A DNA stretch of 64,000 nucleotides from assembly GCF_001949145.1 (NCBI RefSeq), contig NW_019091359.1:3715159-3779158 (forward strand). Direction: 5' to 3'. Source of the DNA: Acanthaster planci. Lineage: Eukaryota. Shown piece by piece: positions 1-12,700 of the stretch. The position numbers were made by a program, and so were the translations under genes. Each line of letters opens with the position of its first letter. The first letter of the stretch is position 1. The notes under the pieces are model-generated. The model saw only the letters and a list, made by a program, of their open reading frames with translations. It ran no database searches and had not been told where the DNA came from.

Positions 1-1212
1 CTTGTTCAACGTTGAATGTCGAACGTCAAACGAGGAACGAGGAACTAACTTCACATCGGTGACATTTATTATGTTGCTGGAGTCTTTTTGTTTGTTTGTT
101 TTTCTTATTAGGTTCCTTGTTCATTTGTGTTAATTGTTCTGGGGACACACACTGACAAGCTTGGTTTTGTTGGCTCCCTGCATTTCTTGGTGATGTTTGT
201 ACACATACTAACTGTTTTATCCTAATCTTTACTACATGCGGAAAGTGTTCACAGTAATTTTATGTACTTACAACTGTATATACATTTCAGAGTTGTAGAG
301 ACCATGAGATGAAATCAAGTGAAATAAAAGTAAATATGATTTTTTGCACAAGTGTTTCCCCAATATGCCCCCAAATGTCAAAATCTAACTCGGGTTGGAT
401 GACAGTCTTCATTACATTACGTAATGTGATATGGTCAGGGAGTCTACCTGGTCTAGCCCCAAATCTCGAATTTTCAAATGTCATGGGTATATACTCACGA
501 CATTGGAAAATTCCAGAAATCGGGGGGGAGGGGGGGATGTGTCCCTGTCACATCTGACGTATGATTTTGTAAGTTCAGAACACATTTTCTAATTTCCAAG
601 AGTGATGAATTTGATGCAAATTACCTGCCAAACAAATAGTAATAGCTTGAAATCAATTCCGGTGATATTTCCATTTCAAATAGCAACGGTCAAATGTTAC
701 AGGGACACAAAAGTCACATTTTTGGACCCCTGATTTAATGAATTACCTATATGCCATAGTGCATTAGGGCAGGACTTAGTCAAGCTAGGATAGGAGGGGT
801 CAAAATGAGGAACACACCGTACACTCACTAACAGTGGCACTGTACAGTACAAGCTCAATATATACACACATCACTAATTTCCATTGAATTGGTTTATTAG
901 CCATCAGACAGTGAAAGCATGTCCTAGAAGTCCAATTTATCAATATCAAAGCAATAACTGGAAACATTTAGAATTTTTGAAACCAGTATCATCAGTCATA
1001 GTTACACAGGACACAGGATGTTGAGTGATGTCCGGGATATGGAGCTCTTTCCCACTGTGTTTTCCACTGTGGGCCCCCTACAGCTATTTTAAGAGGTTTG
1101 AAGTTTGTTGACATTTTTATCCGTCATTTGAAACTTATTAATTCAGACTGCTGTTTGAGGGTTAAGTTTTGCATGACACTCTAAGGTTTTATTAATCTCT
1201 TTCTTGGAACAG

Positions 1213-2605
1213 GAATCAAGACAACAGTAATATATCCAGCAACAGAGCGTCACATAGAGAAGTACACTGATCAGGATGTTGCCTTGATTGAAGAAACCTG
1301 CGATGATTACTGCAACATCACACTGCCTTATCTTGAGGAACAGACCTTCAAAATACAGGTACATGTAATAAAGAGAAAACAGATCCCTGTTTCACCAGAA
1401 CAACCAAGGTTTAAACTACACTGCTTATTTCAAGTATTTGTTTTCAAGGCATTCTTAAATATCGTTACAAGGAAAGAAAGTTTCTGTAGAAGAGAGAGAC
1501 CATAGTTTCTATCATGACATCAGTGCAATGTTGTACTTATGAAGACTAAAGTGTCGACCCGTTTTATAAATATTGATTGTTAGATTGTATTTTATTCAGG
1601 TGAATATCTTTTTCCCCTGTCCTTCTGTTATCAGTGGGTCTACAATATTTTGGAGAAGAAAGCAGAGGAGGTTGAGCGTATTGTCTACGAGGATCCAGAC
1701 CATCAGGATGGCTTTGTCTTACTCCCAGACATGAAATGGGACAGGAAACAAATGGAAAACCTGTACTTGGTTGCTATCTGTCATAGAAAGGGTATCAAAA
1801 GCCTGAGAGACTTAAATCATCAACACCTGCCATTGCTGAGAAATATTAGAGACAAGTGCCAGGTTGGCTATTAGTTTTGTCGTCGAACTTTTTTTTGGAG
1901 GGGGGGCAAGCTTTTATCATCATACCAGTAAATGTAATGAATAAAGTAAATTATGCTGCTTTTTCATAATCTGAACACAAAGTGAGAACTGTGTTTTTTT
2001 TTCATGAAAAACAGAGATTAGGCAAGTGGTTCAGAAACTGAAACTTGGATACCAAATCCACTAACTGTGAATATAGGTATACTACTAGAAAAAGATGAGA
2101 TCACCAATACCACTCCTGAGGGGAAATATCATAATAAAGATGAATGCATTAAAATGCACACAAAGAAATAACCTTCATATTGGTTTTAAAAACATCCACA
2201 TTCCTAATGCCCTGCAGTCTCAAAACAAATCCCTTTCATAGTTTGGGGCTTTGGCGGACAATTTTTTGAAAAGGCACACATTCTCTTTTTTGTAGAATTG
2301 TAATGATGCTCACATTATTTCTTCATTTGCAGAAAGAAGTTCAAGAGAAATATTGCATAGCATCAGACCAACTCAGATTATACCTACACTACCAGCCCTC
2401 ATACTACCACCTTCATGTCCATGTGACTCACGTGAAATTTGACGCTCCAGGGTCAGGGGTCACAAGAGCACACCTTCTGTCAGATGTCATTGAGAACATA
2501 GAGCTCATGCCTGATTATTACCAGCGGAAGACACTGACCTGCGTTCTCAGAGAGAAAGATGGACTTTTGGCAAGGTTTAGGGAAGTGAGAGGCCAGAAGA
2601 AGTGA
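1213..2605 (+). CDS. DCPS: m7GpppX diphosphatase (scavenger decapping enzyme), last three exons: 1213-1358, 1635-1862, 2333-2605; 5' part lies outside the window
   Basis: Spliced translation [17 protein letters not shown]...[11 protein letters not shown]...[11 protein letters not shown]...[16 protein letters not shown]...[17 protein letters not shown] with the HIT motif; GT-AG boundaries in compatible phase. Confidence 0.96.
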
Positions 2606-3101
2606 GACAACTTTATTTGATCTGACTTCTTATATGTTAGCGTTTCCAATGTTGAAGCTGAAAAGAGGTTTTGAGTCTTAGACATAAGCTGTACAAATGA
2701 TGTAAGCCACGCTGGATGTTATAAGCAAGCCATCTCTGGCAGTTGTGGAGTGAACTTAAAATAAAAACCCATTGTCTTTTGTTCCTATTCTGAGAGTGTT
2801 TTAATCCACTGTCACTGTTTAATATCTACTCCAGATTGCATCATCACTCATTTCCCAGAGTTTTGTGTCAGAAGATTACTGCTAGATTACAATATGCAGA
2901 CATATGATTATATTAATGTGAAGTCAAGGGAAATAGATTAACCCGTAGTTGGGCTGATCGTGGATAAATACCAGTAAACGTCTTGTGAGAACATTTCACC
3001 GACCAACTGACCGATCATCTCAAAGATAAACTGGTAGATTTGGAGGTTGAAATAAAGCTGATAATCTAATCTCATGTAACATTAAAATACGGTACATTTA
3101 A

Positions 3102-3163
3102 CCCTAACAGCCCTGAATCCTCCAATTTTAATATGATTTTGCACACACCCTAGGGAGTTAGGG
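3102..3163. mobile_element. 62-bp piggyBac-like MITE, copy 1
   Basis: TTAA|CCCTAAC...GTTAGGG|TTAA; near-identical copy at 59909-59969. Confidence 0.7.
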
Positions 3164-3378
3164 TTAATCTGCCCCACGCAGGTATTTCCAGTTTTAAAGC
3201 TCAGTTAAGATTTGAAGCCGCTAAAGTATGGCACAAATGCATGTGGTTCCTTGTTTGAGGTGGGCATGTACAGAGCTCCATGGTATTAAAGAGAACTAAA
3301 TTCTGTTAGTCAATTGCAGTTAGACTGATTTAGTGATTTTGAATAAATATACTTTTTTGTGTTCCACATCCTCTTTAC

Positions 3379-3538
3379 TAGTCTGGGAACGAAAGAATCC
3401 TTAGATGGATTGATTTATTTTATTGGTCTTCTGTCTCCATGAAAAGTACAGCAGGGGGCCAGACGAGGACTTAACATTCTTTGGTCCCTTTTCCAATACT
3501 CGACTTAGTCCCCGTCTCGGGATTCGTTCCCAAAACTA
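3379..3538. mobile_element. Small degenerate palindromic MITE-like element with TAG...CTA ends
   Basis: TAGTCTGGGAACGA at the left is an imperfect inverted repeat of TCGTTCCCAAAACTA at the right; internal GACGAGGACT / AGTCCCCGTC inversion. Confidence 0.4.
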
Positions 3539-6500
3539 ATCCCCGATTGTGGGCCTGAAGCGTTTAAATTAAATTGGATTACTGTAATTTCTGGCTCTCT
3601 TGCATCTTTTTTGATGTTTTGTGGCACTATTAAACTAATTACTGCGTTTACAGCTTCAACATCAGCTAGTTAAAAAACAGTTCAAGCCTTAGACGGAGCC
3701 GAATTTGAGTATTGGAAAACGGCCTTGGGTAGCAGTGTTTGTTTTCTGTCCACGTGAGTTGATATGAAATACACTGTCCCGTACCAAAACGTGAATTCTC
3801 GCCTGATCGACACGCTGTGGAAAAAAGGGAGTTTCAACAGGAGACAGTCTGTTTGATTCAGTGAAGCCACATTTAAACATCCGTGAAAAAGCCAATAAGG
3901 TTTAAGTTTGAGATCGACAGAAAATATTAATGCACGATTTTGGTGGATAATCGGATAATTCATCGAATTGATTACCCCCAAGCATGTGGCAAATAGTTTT
4001 CAAAAAGTTTGCAGTTTCCCTTTAAATTAGGGTCAGGCCCTGGAATCTCTGAGTTGGTTGCCGTGTTGACAACTTTGCTGTATCCCCAAGGGAGAGAGGT
4101 CAGATCTAATGGCCGGGGATTGTGGGTGTGGGTATCTGGAGGTCAAGAATGTGGCAGGCATTTGGGCGACTTTTCGACGTCCAGAGACCGATGTTGAAGA
4201 AAAGAGGAAATTTCAGTTGTCGCACCATACCTTTGGTTGTCGGGTGTTGAAGTTTCCTTAGTATTGTCGGTGCATAGGGAGTAACACGTTCGAGTTCAAG
4301 AAGTCGTTCGTGCATCTGTAGACAAGTTGTGAGATTTCATTCTTGGTAAGTCTTTCGAGTGAAATAGTGGTACGGAATGTTCGGTCGGATTCCTGTTGCT
4401 ATGGAATATCAAGATGGATTACATCTACATGTAATTGTAAACAAACACGTGTATACAAGGCCGTCTTTCCTCTCATTAAGCGCTTATTATTAATCACAGT
4501 GTCAACAAGGTTCGCCCCAGGAATAAATTTTTATAGTGTCATTTCTTAAATCTGAAATGCCGCCCAAAAATGCCACTACGTGGGTTAAAAGGATTGGATT
4601 TGGACTTCGTAATCAATATGATAATTTATACAATTCATTTTTGGGACTGTCTCAGTGCACTCACGGTGCACTTCAGCCTTGGCAAAAGGGACTAGGCGAG
4701 CAATATTATTACGGGCTTTGGGATGATTTGGCTAGAACTGATGTAATCAGTTGCCCTGCTATATACATTGTTCTTGTTTATCATGGAGTAAACTTTGCCT
4801 TTTAATGCTTGGGAGGAGCTCTGTGTACATTTATATCGAACTACAAAATAAGATTTTTTATATTCCCTAAATAATATGTTTTGCTGTCATTTTATAAAAG
4901 GAATTCACTGCATTGACGTTAAGAATATTAGACGTAGTATCCCACACGAGAAAACTCAAATCTTCTTAAGCATAATAGAAGTTCTTTAATAGACCGATTT
5001 TAGCAAGAGGGCCACCCACAATATTTATACCCCCATTAAGTCAAGCGTCTAGTACATACCCATAGAAACGGTGAATGGGCTACTGGTTGAATGAGCACAA
5101 TCTTTTGTTGGTAACTTCACACAGGCTGAACTATGTCGGTCCCTATGGTTTCGGTGTACCATAGAGTAAGGAAATACAACGTTGGTTCACTTTCCGTTTC
5201 TGGATTCTGGTTGTGTGGTGTACAGCTAGAAATTCATACGGATATTGTTTGGATGTTGTACTATTTGTACTGCAGATGGTAGAAATTACACTATAGTGGA
5301 AACCTACTACGAGGCTACCCATGCATAAGGACACTGACGAAGTGTCGTACTCATAGGCTGTGTTGACTTGTCGATGCATGTCGGCAGATTTACGTCCATC
5401 TCAATGGACCTTATGAGAAATTGTAACCGAGGAAATGAAGATTCTTTTTATCAAGTTGTCATTACGAATTCGGGTAAGTTCCATTTCATTTGCTGCGAAC
5501 TAGTGTGTTGTTTTGCTTTGAATTTTATTTCCCTTTATTCGTTTTTTAAAATTAAAAACTGTCTTTCAAATTGCAGCGAAAACAATCGACTACTTTTATT
5601 AAAAGTTGTAACTGCAAAGTCGTGTATTCGTCCCTAGCTCGCAAACTCTGAAAAAAGGCGACAAAACATGCGAAATCGAGATGAACTTTTCAGAACAATT
5701 TGGCTTGTTCAAATGTGTCTCTTTAAACCCGAATAACGCATAGAGTTGATGTTTTAACATTCATCACGTTCACCAGATAGTACTGAATAGGAAATATGGA
5801 AAGATGTCAAAATAATAGTGAGGTAAATTTCAAAACACTTCGAATAAAATACAGTTCTGAACAGATAGTTTCACAATAACTTTCCCACTTCCACTGAAAA
5901 TCGATTACACACCGATGAAAGAAATCACTAAATAGTTTTAATGGCTAGTAGATTGAATTCTATTCTTTGAACAATGACATTACAATAATTACATGAAGAT
6001 TTAAAATAATGTCTCCCGACAAATTTTATATCACGTGTTAAGCAGAAAACAATGTGCTGTAAAAAATATATATATTTGAAGCAATACTTTCCATTTTGGT
6101 TTACAGTGTTATTACGTGTTTACGTGTGTCAGACAGTATATGTTGCATAAAACACAATTGGACAGGTGAAATCAATATTTCAAAAAGCACTCTGCAGTCT
6201 CTCAATCAATAACCTGAATTATTTTCGCTGGGTCTCCTTGAAGAGACGAAGTTCTGTGTTAAAGGAATGGGCTGTGTTGGAGTAATCAATATTAGAAGAG
6301 TTCTCGCTCCCTGATCGATCTCTTACTGCAAGAAACTGTAGTTTAAGGAGCACCGTTGTGCGGTCACATCAGAATTTACGCGTAGCCTAACTCGACTTCT
6401 GTAAACAGTTGAAAAGAACCTGGTGCGTAGTATTCCATGACTTTTTATGTAGTGATTGCTCAAGCTAAAATGAAATCAAATGTTTGCCTATATTAGTATG

Positions 6501-6754
6501 TTGCAATACATTTTTAAGTCTGATGTTTCAGCTTGAATATAGGCCTACATGTAATATCACTGATCATGCTGCATATTTTGGGTTGTACTTGACCTGGAAC
6601 GCCTCAAATCATGTGAAACTTTGTGATACACGTATATTAAACTTAAATAATGAATAGGCTATTATGTTGTTTTGCTTTGATTTTTTCAGTCATGACTGCG
6701 AGGTTTGATCAGCCACACATCATGTTAATGAAATGAACATGTAATTTTCATTTC

Positions 6755-9700
6755 ATGAGGTTTGGAGAGACTTCATTTTTAAGTAACATTTCTGACATGG
6801 GGGAGGTCACAGAGAAACGCCAAAAAAGCGAGCGCCCTCTGGCGCCACTGATTCGCGCCCCCAAAGTAACCACTACATTGCCACACCCACTCGCGAAGGC
6901 GACTTCATCCGTAGATGGCACCTCCAAGTTGGGACAACTCAAGCGACGAGAGAAGTTAAGAACAGTTCTTGCTATGATGGGCCGAAGCAGCAAGAAGACC
7001 ACGCGGCTACGGAACAGAGACGGAGAGCCAAAGACGGACAAATCTACACCACGGTCGCTGCTTGCGGAGCATGTGCAAGGTAGTCTCGATGAAGATGGTT
7101 TGCAGTTGATGAGAAGCCCACACCGACGTGGAGCTATTGCTGACGGGAGGCTGCCGATCAAGAGCCCTCGGCTTGATACGGAGAAAAACAATAGCCGGCC
7201 AGAACCTCCTATCAGAGTAAATGTTACTATCTGCTCTTCTGAAATTCTGTGCCCTAATGGGTGGATCTTAGCGATAAGAATTAAATGATTTTAAAAGTGC
7301 AATAAATTGAGCCCCAACAGAGTAATGTGTGACTGTCCTGTCTGAGGATAGTGCATCATTTTGTACACTTTCGTTGAGTCCATGGATGTAGGCACTAGAT
7401 ACAATTTGAATGTCTGGAAACAAGACTTGTAATAACTCCCTTTTTCCTTCATGAGCTTTCACCAATGACATGTATACGTGCATTCTGACATGTTCACCAT
7501 TGGTCCTTGAATATTGTAGTACATAGCAGTTCGTAACACTGGAACTTTATTTCTTTGCACACAGTTAAGAAAATTTGGAAAACTACATACAATGGCAAAA
7601 ATCATTTTGCTTCTGCTACGCATGTGCAGGACATACATTCTGACGTAAGTAATTAGCCTCGGTACGTGGGTTGCAAAACAAATTCGTTTCTGTCATTTAT
7701 TGACAGTACATGTAGATGCCGGGTCTCCCTTAGTTATGAAGGATGGAAGAGGTATTTGTTTTTATTTTTAAATCGATCAATCCACATAGAAGGTTCTATT
7801 CGCCGTACGGAAATTTTCTCCAGGTATTCTTGTCAGTGCTTGAATTACTGAAAACACACTATGCTTGGAGTATAATTGGAAGTACACGTATCTCCTCACA
7901 AGCCATCTTCAATAGAGATCTACACATTTAGAGTGAAATCAGTTTGTTTAACATAGTTGTACAACCAGTTGAAATAGTTTCGATAAAGTGATGAAAATTG
8001 TGAATATTTTTTTCCTCTGAAATCCTGCTCCCTTTCTGCCTTTATACAGTGAAAATGACGCCAAGATGGTGAAGTTATTCAGTGCAATAGATGCAGCGCA
8101 GGCCGGAGACAAGTACAAAATTCGCGGGGATCTACTCTTCGATGTGACGATGTTCCGAGCCAAGAAACAGGTCTGCGTAGTTCGACAGTATTTGAATATT
8201 TTATTGACTGATAACTTTTAATGTACACTGCTCTTTTCAAAATGCAAATTTACATTCACAAGGCCAAACATGATAATCAATTTTAACAACAGAGTTGAAA
8301 TTGTTTTCTGTGCCAAATTCATCTGATTTTCTCAACATCAATTTGATCATGCCGTTTTAGAGTATTTTATACCTGTTTCGTGTGACTTGTCTTTAATTGT
8401 TTTCTTGACCCTTTTTCCTCAGAACAAAATTTCCAGCGAAACCAAGCGAGTTTTGAAAACATCACCACCTGTACGCACAGAAAAGGATGTCCATCACGTA
8501 AGGCAACTATGGACGACAAAGATATTTGTCCAACATGTCAAGATCTGCTACAAAGCAATTTGAAATCTCTATATGTCCACGGGATCCGCAGAATCAATGG
8601 GTCATAGGTCCCATTACTGAACAAAATGAATGCCTTAAAAAAGGTGTATTTAACTTCCCCTGCACTCGATACGAGACATGTCTGGAATACGTGTTTTTTC
8701 TTTTGTTTGTGAAGATTCTTTTGAATGTTTGATTGGCAATAATGATTGTATGATATTAATCAATTCAGTGTATGATATTAATCAATTCANNNNNNNNNNN
8801 NNNNNNNNNNNNNNNNNNNNNNNNNNNNNNNNNNNNNNNNNNNNNNNNNNNNNNNNNNNNNNNNNNNNNNNNNNNNNNNNNNNNNNNNNNNNNNNNNNNN
8901 NNNNNNNNNNNNNNNNNNNNNNNNNNNNNNNNNNNNNNNNNNNNNNNNNNNNNNNNNNNNNNNNNNNNNNNNNNNNNNNNNNNNNNNNNNNNNNNNNNNN
9001 NNNNNNNNNNNNNNNNNNNNNNNNNNNNNNNNNNNNNNNNNNNNNNNNNNNNNNNNNNNNNNNNNNNNNNNNNNNNNNNNNNNNNNNNNNNNNNNNNNNN
9101 NNNNNNNNNNNNNNNNNNNNNNNNNNNNNNNNNNNNNNNNNNNNNNNNNNNNNNNNNNNNNNNNNNNNNNNNNNNNNNNNNNNNNNNNNNNNNNNNNNNN
9201 NNNNNNNNNNNNNNNNNNNNNNNNNNNNNNNNNNNNNNNNNNNNNNNNNNNNNNNNNNNNNNNNNNNNNNNNNNNNNNNNNNNNNNNNNNNNNNNNNNNN
9301 NNNNNNNNNNNNNTGTGTGATATTAATCATTTCAGTGTGTGATATTAATCAATTCAGTGTGTCAACGTGTGTTAAAATTGATCTGGTTCTTCACTCTTAG
9401 GTCCAAGTTGAGCTTCAGCAAATGGAGTTTATAACCAAGTATCCAGTCCACATGCAACGGAGTTTGATCCGTGCTGGGGCGTTTGAGAGTTATGAAACGG
9501 GCCGAGTTATCATCCGACACGGTCGGCGACCTTATGCATTTTATCTCGTTCTGGGAGGCTCAGGTATAACCTCGATTCATTCCATGACGCAACGGAAATA
9601 CATGTACTTTTCCTGTCTACCCCAGGACTTAATTTCAAACTATCAAAGGGGCAATAAATGAGTACAAATTTTAAAGGAACATTTATGCACTTCAAGCCTG

Positions 9701-12700
9701 GATAAAATTATGCATGTGAAGTCCCCCTGGTGTTGGAATCAAATGTGATGTTTGGAAATGGATTCTATCTTACATTTATCATCGGTCTTGGATGTAGACA
9801 AACAAATTCCCAAACATAGAATTTTGTATCCACAATGATTTCGTATATTGTTAAACTGTTTATCGTCATGATACCATTTAATCGTTTAAATAATGTTTAT
9901 TTCTCGTTTTGATCCTTTGATTTATCACACAGCTCTTCTGCTTGAAGGAGATCCACAAAATAGCGGCAGGCCTGCCGCTGCCTTGCTAAAAGGACACGTA
10001 TTCGGGGTGCGTTTATCATGTTGAAAAATTCTTGGAACACCCTCGTGACCAGCATTCATCCAATCACAAGCGATGATCAGCTCTTCCCATGTCAAATTGT
10101 GGCCTATGCAAAATCAATTAAGCTGCGCCTTTTTAAAAATATACAGTGAAAATTGTAACCAAAGACTGTTGAGATATGCGTGTACTTTTTATTTGTGTTT
10201 GATCTATCTCTCTTTTTCAGCATGAAGCAATAATAAACAGAGGTCGTCACAATGTCACTGTCATATCAAAAGAGTACATTGAACTGTTAAGTCTCACAGC
10301 CGAGGTATGTTGATTTATGCGAATAGAATTACCTTTTACTAGGGCTTTGATTGCTATCTTTGTGGTCTACTTGACCTGTTTCAAATCGCTTGGTATAGTC
10401 AAAAGAATTATAGACAGAGATTATTGTTGGTCTAAACAGTGAATATGCGTAAACAGAATAATTTGTGCGAAGTTTTAGAACAAAATTTACCTTGGGTATA
10501 TGCCTGTCGGTAAACACATCGTATGGCATAGCGTCACTGGTGGTTCTGCATGTGTGGAAACATTTGAAACACTTATGCTTTTAGTATTTCCGAATAAATA
10601 ATCGCAATCAGTATGATAATTCCCCTAAAATCAGTCCAACGCTTTGCCAAACATCAAACAGAATTCTTGTTATACCTTTCCCACTTGAAGAATAAATGGA
10701 AATCCTTGATCGTATTTGCACTATTTGATCATGGACACAACTTATACTGCATGGTCCTGTGGCATATGAGCCTTACCTGAGCTTAAATATCTTATTCAAT
10801 TCATTTTTTCGATGTGAAATCAAAGGAATATTCCCGGATATTCTTGGCGGGTGGCGTGAGCAACATTAGCGGTATAGATGGCAGCTGTTTCATCGAATCA
10901 GTTAGCATCTTCAAAGGATGGCCCCTACATCTTCTTAAGAAACATCCCAAAAAGTGCAGGTTCAATTTCTTCACGTGAGTTTGGCTGATCAGACGAAATT
11001 TCCTTGAAGACTTGATTCTTGCTTGAACCCTCAAAAGAATGATTAAACTATTCTAGAGTAGTTTGTGACAATTTTAAGATAGAGGCGATACCAGTTAAGA
11101 TGATAACAATTCGTGGAGATGTGTTTTTATGTTCATCTGTTATCGAAATATAGGAAAGAAAGATAGACCAAGTTAAGTAATTTCCTATTCCCCATCGGCA
11201 CTTAAAGACGTTCCGGTAACTTGTCTTGCATGTTGCTATTTATCAAATAGGAGAGGCATAGTTATCGAACAGGATAGCAGCCGAAGTGATTGGATCTACA
11301 TCATCAAATCAGTGAGTAATTTGGCAGTTGGCCCCTACTTGTTTCTATGCCAAATAATTTAACTCTAACGAGGACTTGAGCGTGTGTTTTCAGTCTGAAA
11401 TATTTTATCACGGCGATGTTTATTATACCGATGTTCTCCAGCATTTTATGTCAATTTCTCAGACCTAATGGTTCAGTTCAGAGACAATATTGCAATCATC
11501 TGACTAGAAGTTTGGGATAAAATGCACTGTGAAAAGACTAGTTTTCCGGAGGAGTAATATTGCTTTGACTTTCTTCTTGAACAGGGTAGTTGTGCTGTCT
11601 TGAAGAAACTTCACTACGGGGAACCATTGTCAGCCAAAAGGAAACGAAATCTTCCAGGTAAGTGGACCATACCAGTGTAAATCACTCTAATTTTTAGCCA
11701 GAGAACTGGCCTGTCAAATTGTTGAGGAGAATGGGGATGACGTGTATTGTTACAAATATCGAAGTATAGTTGCATGTAATTTTTTCAATGTTTAGTTGAA
11801 ATTTCAACTATGCAGTAAAGCATCATGTAACAACACGAGCTTTTCAGTGACCTCACCATTTCGTCAGATTGAACTGGATTGATTTCCTCAACTACCCTGT
11901 GCATAGCGATTTCACTGCGAAGAGGAGCATCACTGTCATTGAGTCATGAAGAGCAGCTAGCCAACAGACTAAGAGATATGCAAAAAAAGCGCGCAAAAGC
12001 TCTCAAGGGTAAGTCACGACGTCTTAAAGATACACGACCTACGAATATCGTGAGGATACCCATGATGGAAGACTCACTGTCGACTGATCTCCTTGGTCAT
12101 GAACTATCCACTTTGGATCAAAAACCATCACTGCCGAATGTGAACCAGTGCGACATCCTGCCTGCTATCGTGATCTCCCACTCCAGTCGTCCTGCTAGCT
12201 CGTCGTCTCAAGTGCTTTATGATTCAATGGAGCACGGCCCGGAGTCACCGCATTCACCAGCAGATGGAGAGATCAAGCCGGTATTTTCTGGATTTTCACG
12301 GGTAGGGCTGATTCCACTCTCTTTTGTAAAATTTTTTCTTCAAGGCACTGCTTGTTGAATAAACTTTGTTTTGGAAATTGAGGCAATTAAGAGAACAACT
12401 CTTTCCAAATCTCTGCAAACATTTTTGAGACGATCTGTAGGCGTATTTGCAGAAATTTAGAGAATGCCCTGACAGGACTTTGTGACTTGTACCTGCTTTC
12501 ATGAAGGAGATCATCAGCCTGAAGAATATACTTGTTTTATCATGCCTGATGGCATCAGGCATGATAAAACAAGTATATTCTTCTTGTGTACTATATTGTG
12601 CAAAAAGTATGTGAATTAGAAATTTTCTGCTACTGATTATTATGTGACCACTTGCCAGGCGAAAAGAGAAAAGGCCTAGTATGCTTCACATGATGACATT

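Noticed and set aside
2985..3030. Second possible hammerhead-like relic on the minus strand
   Set aside because: Core and stems are too degenerate to support the call.
6748..7191. 147-aa minus-strand ORF
   Set aside because: Antisense shadow of the first coding exon of CNBD2-A.
8678..9400. Long ORFs of 182-240 aa
   Set aside because: Artefacts of reading through the N gap.
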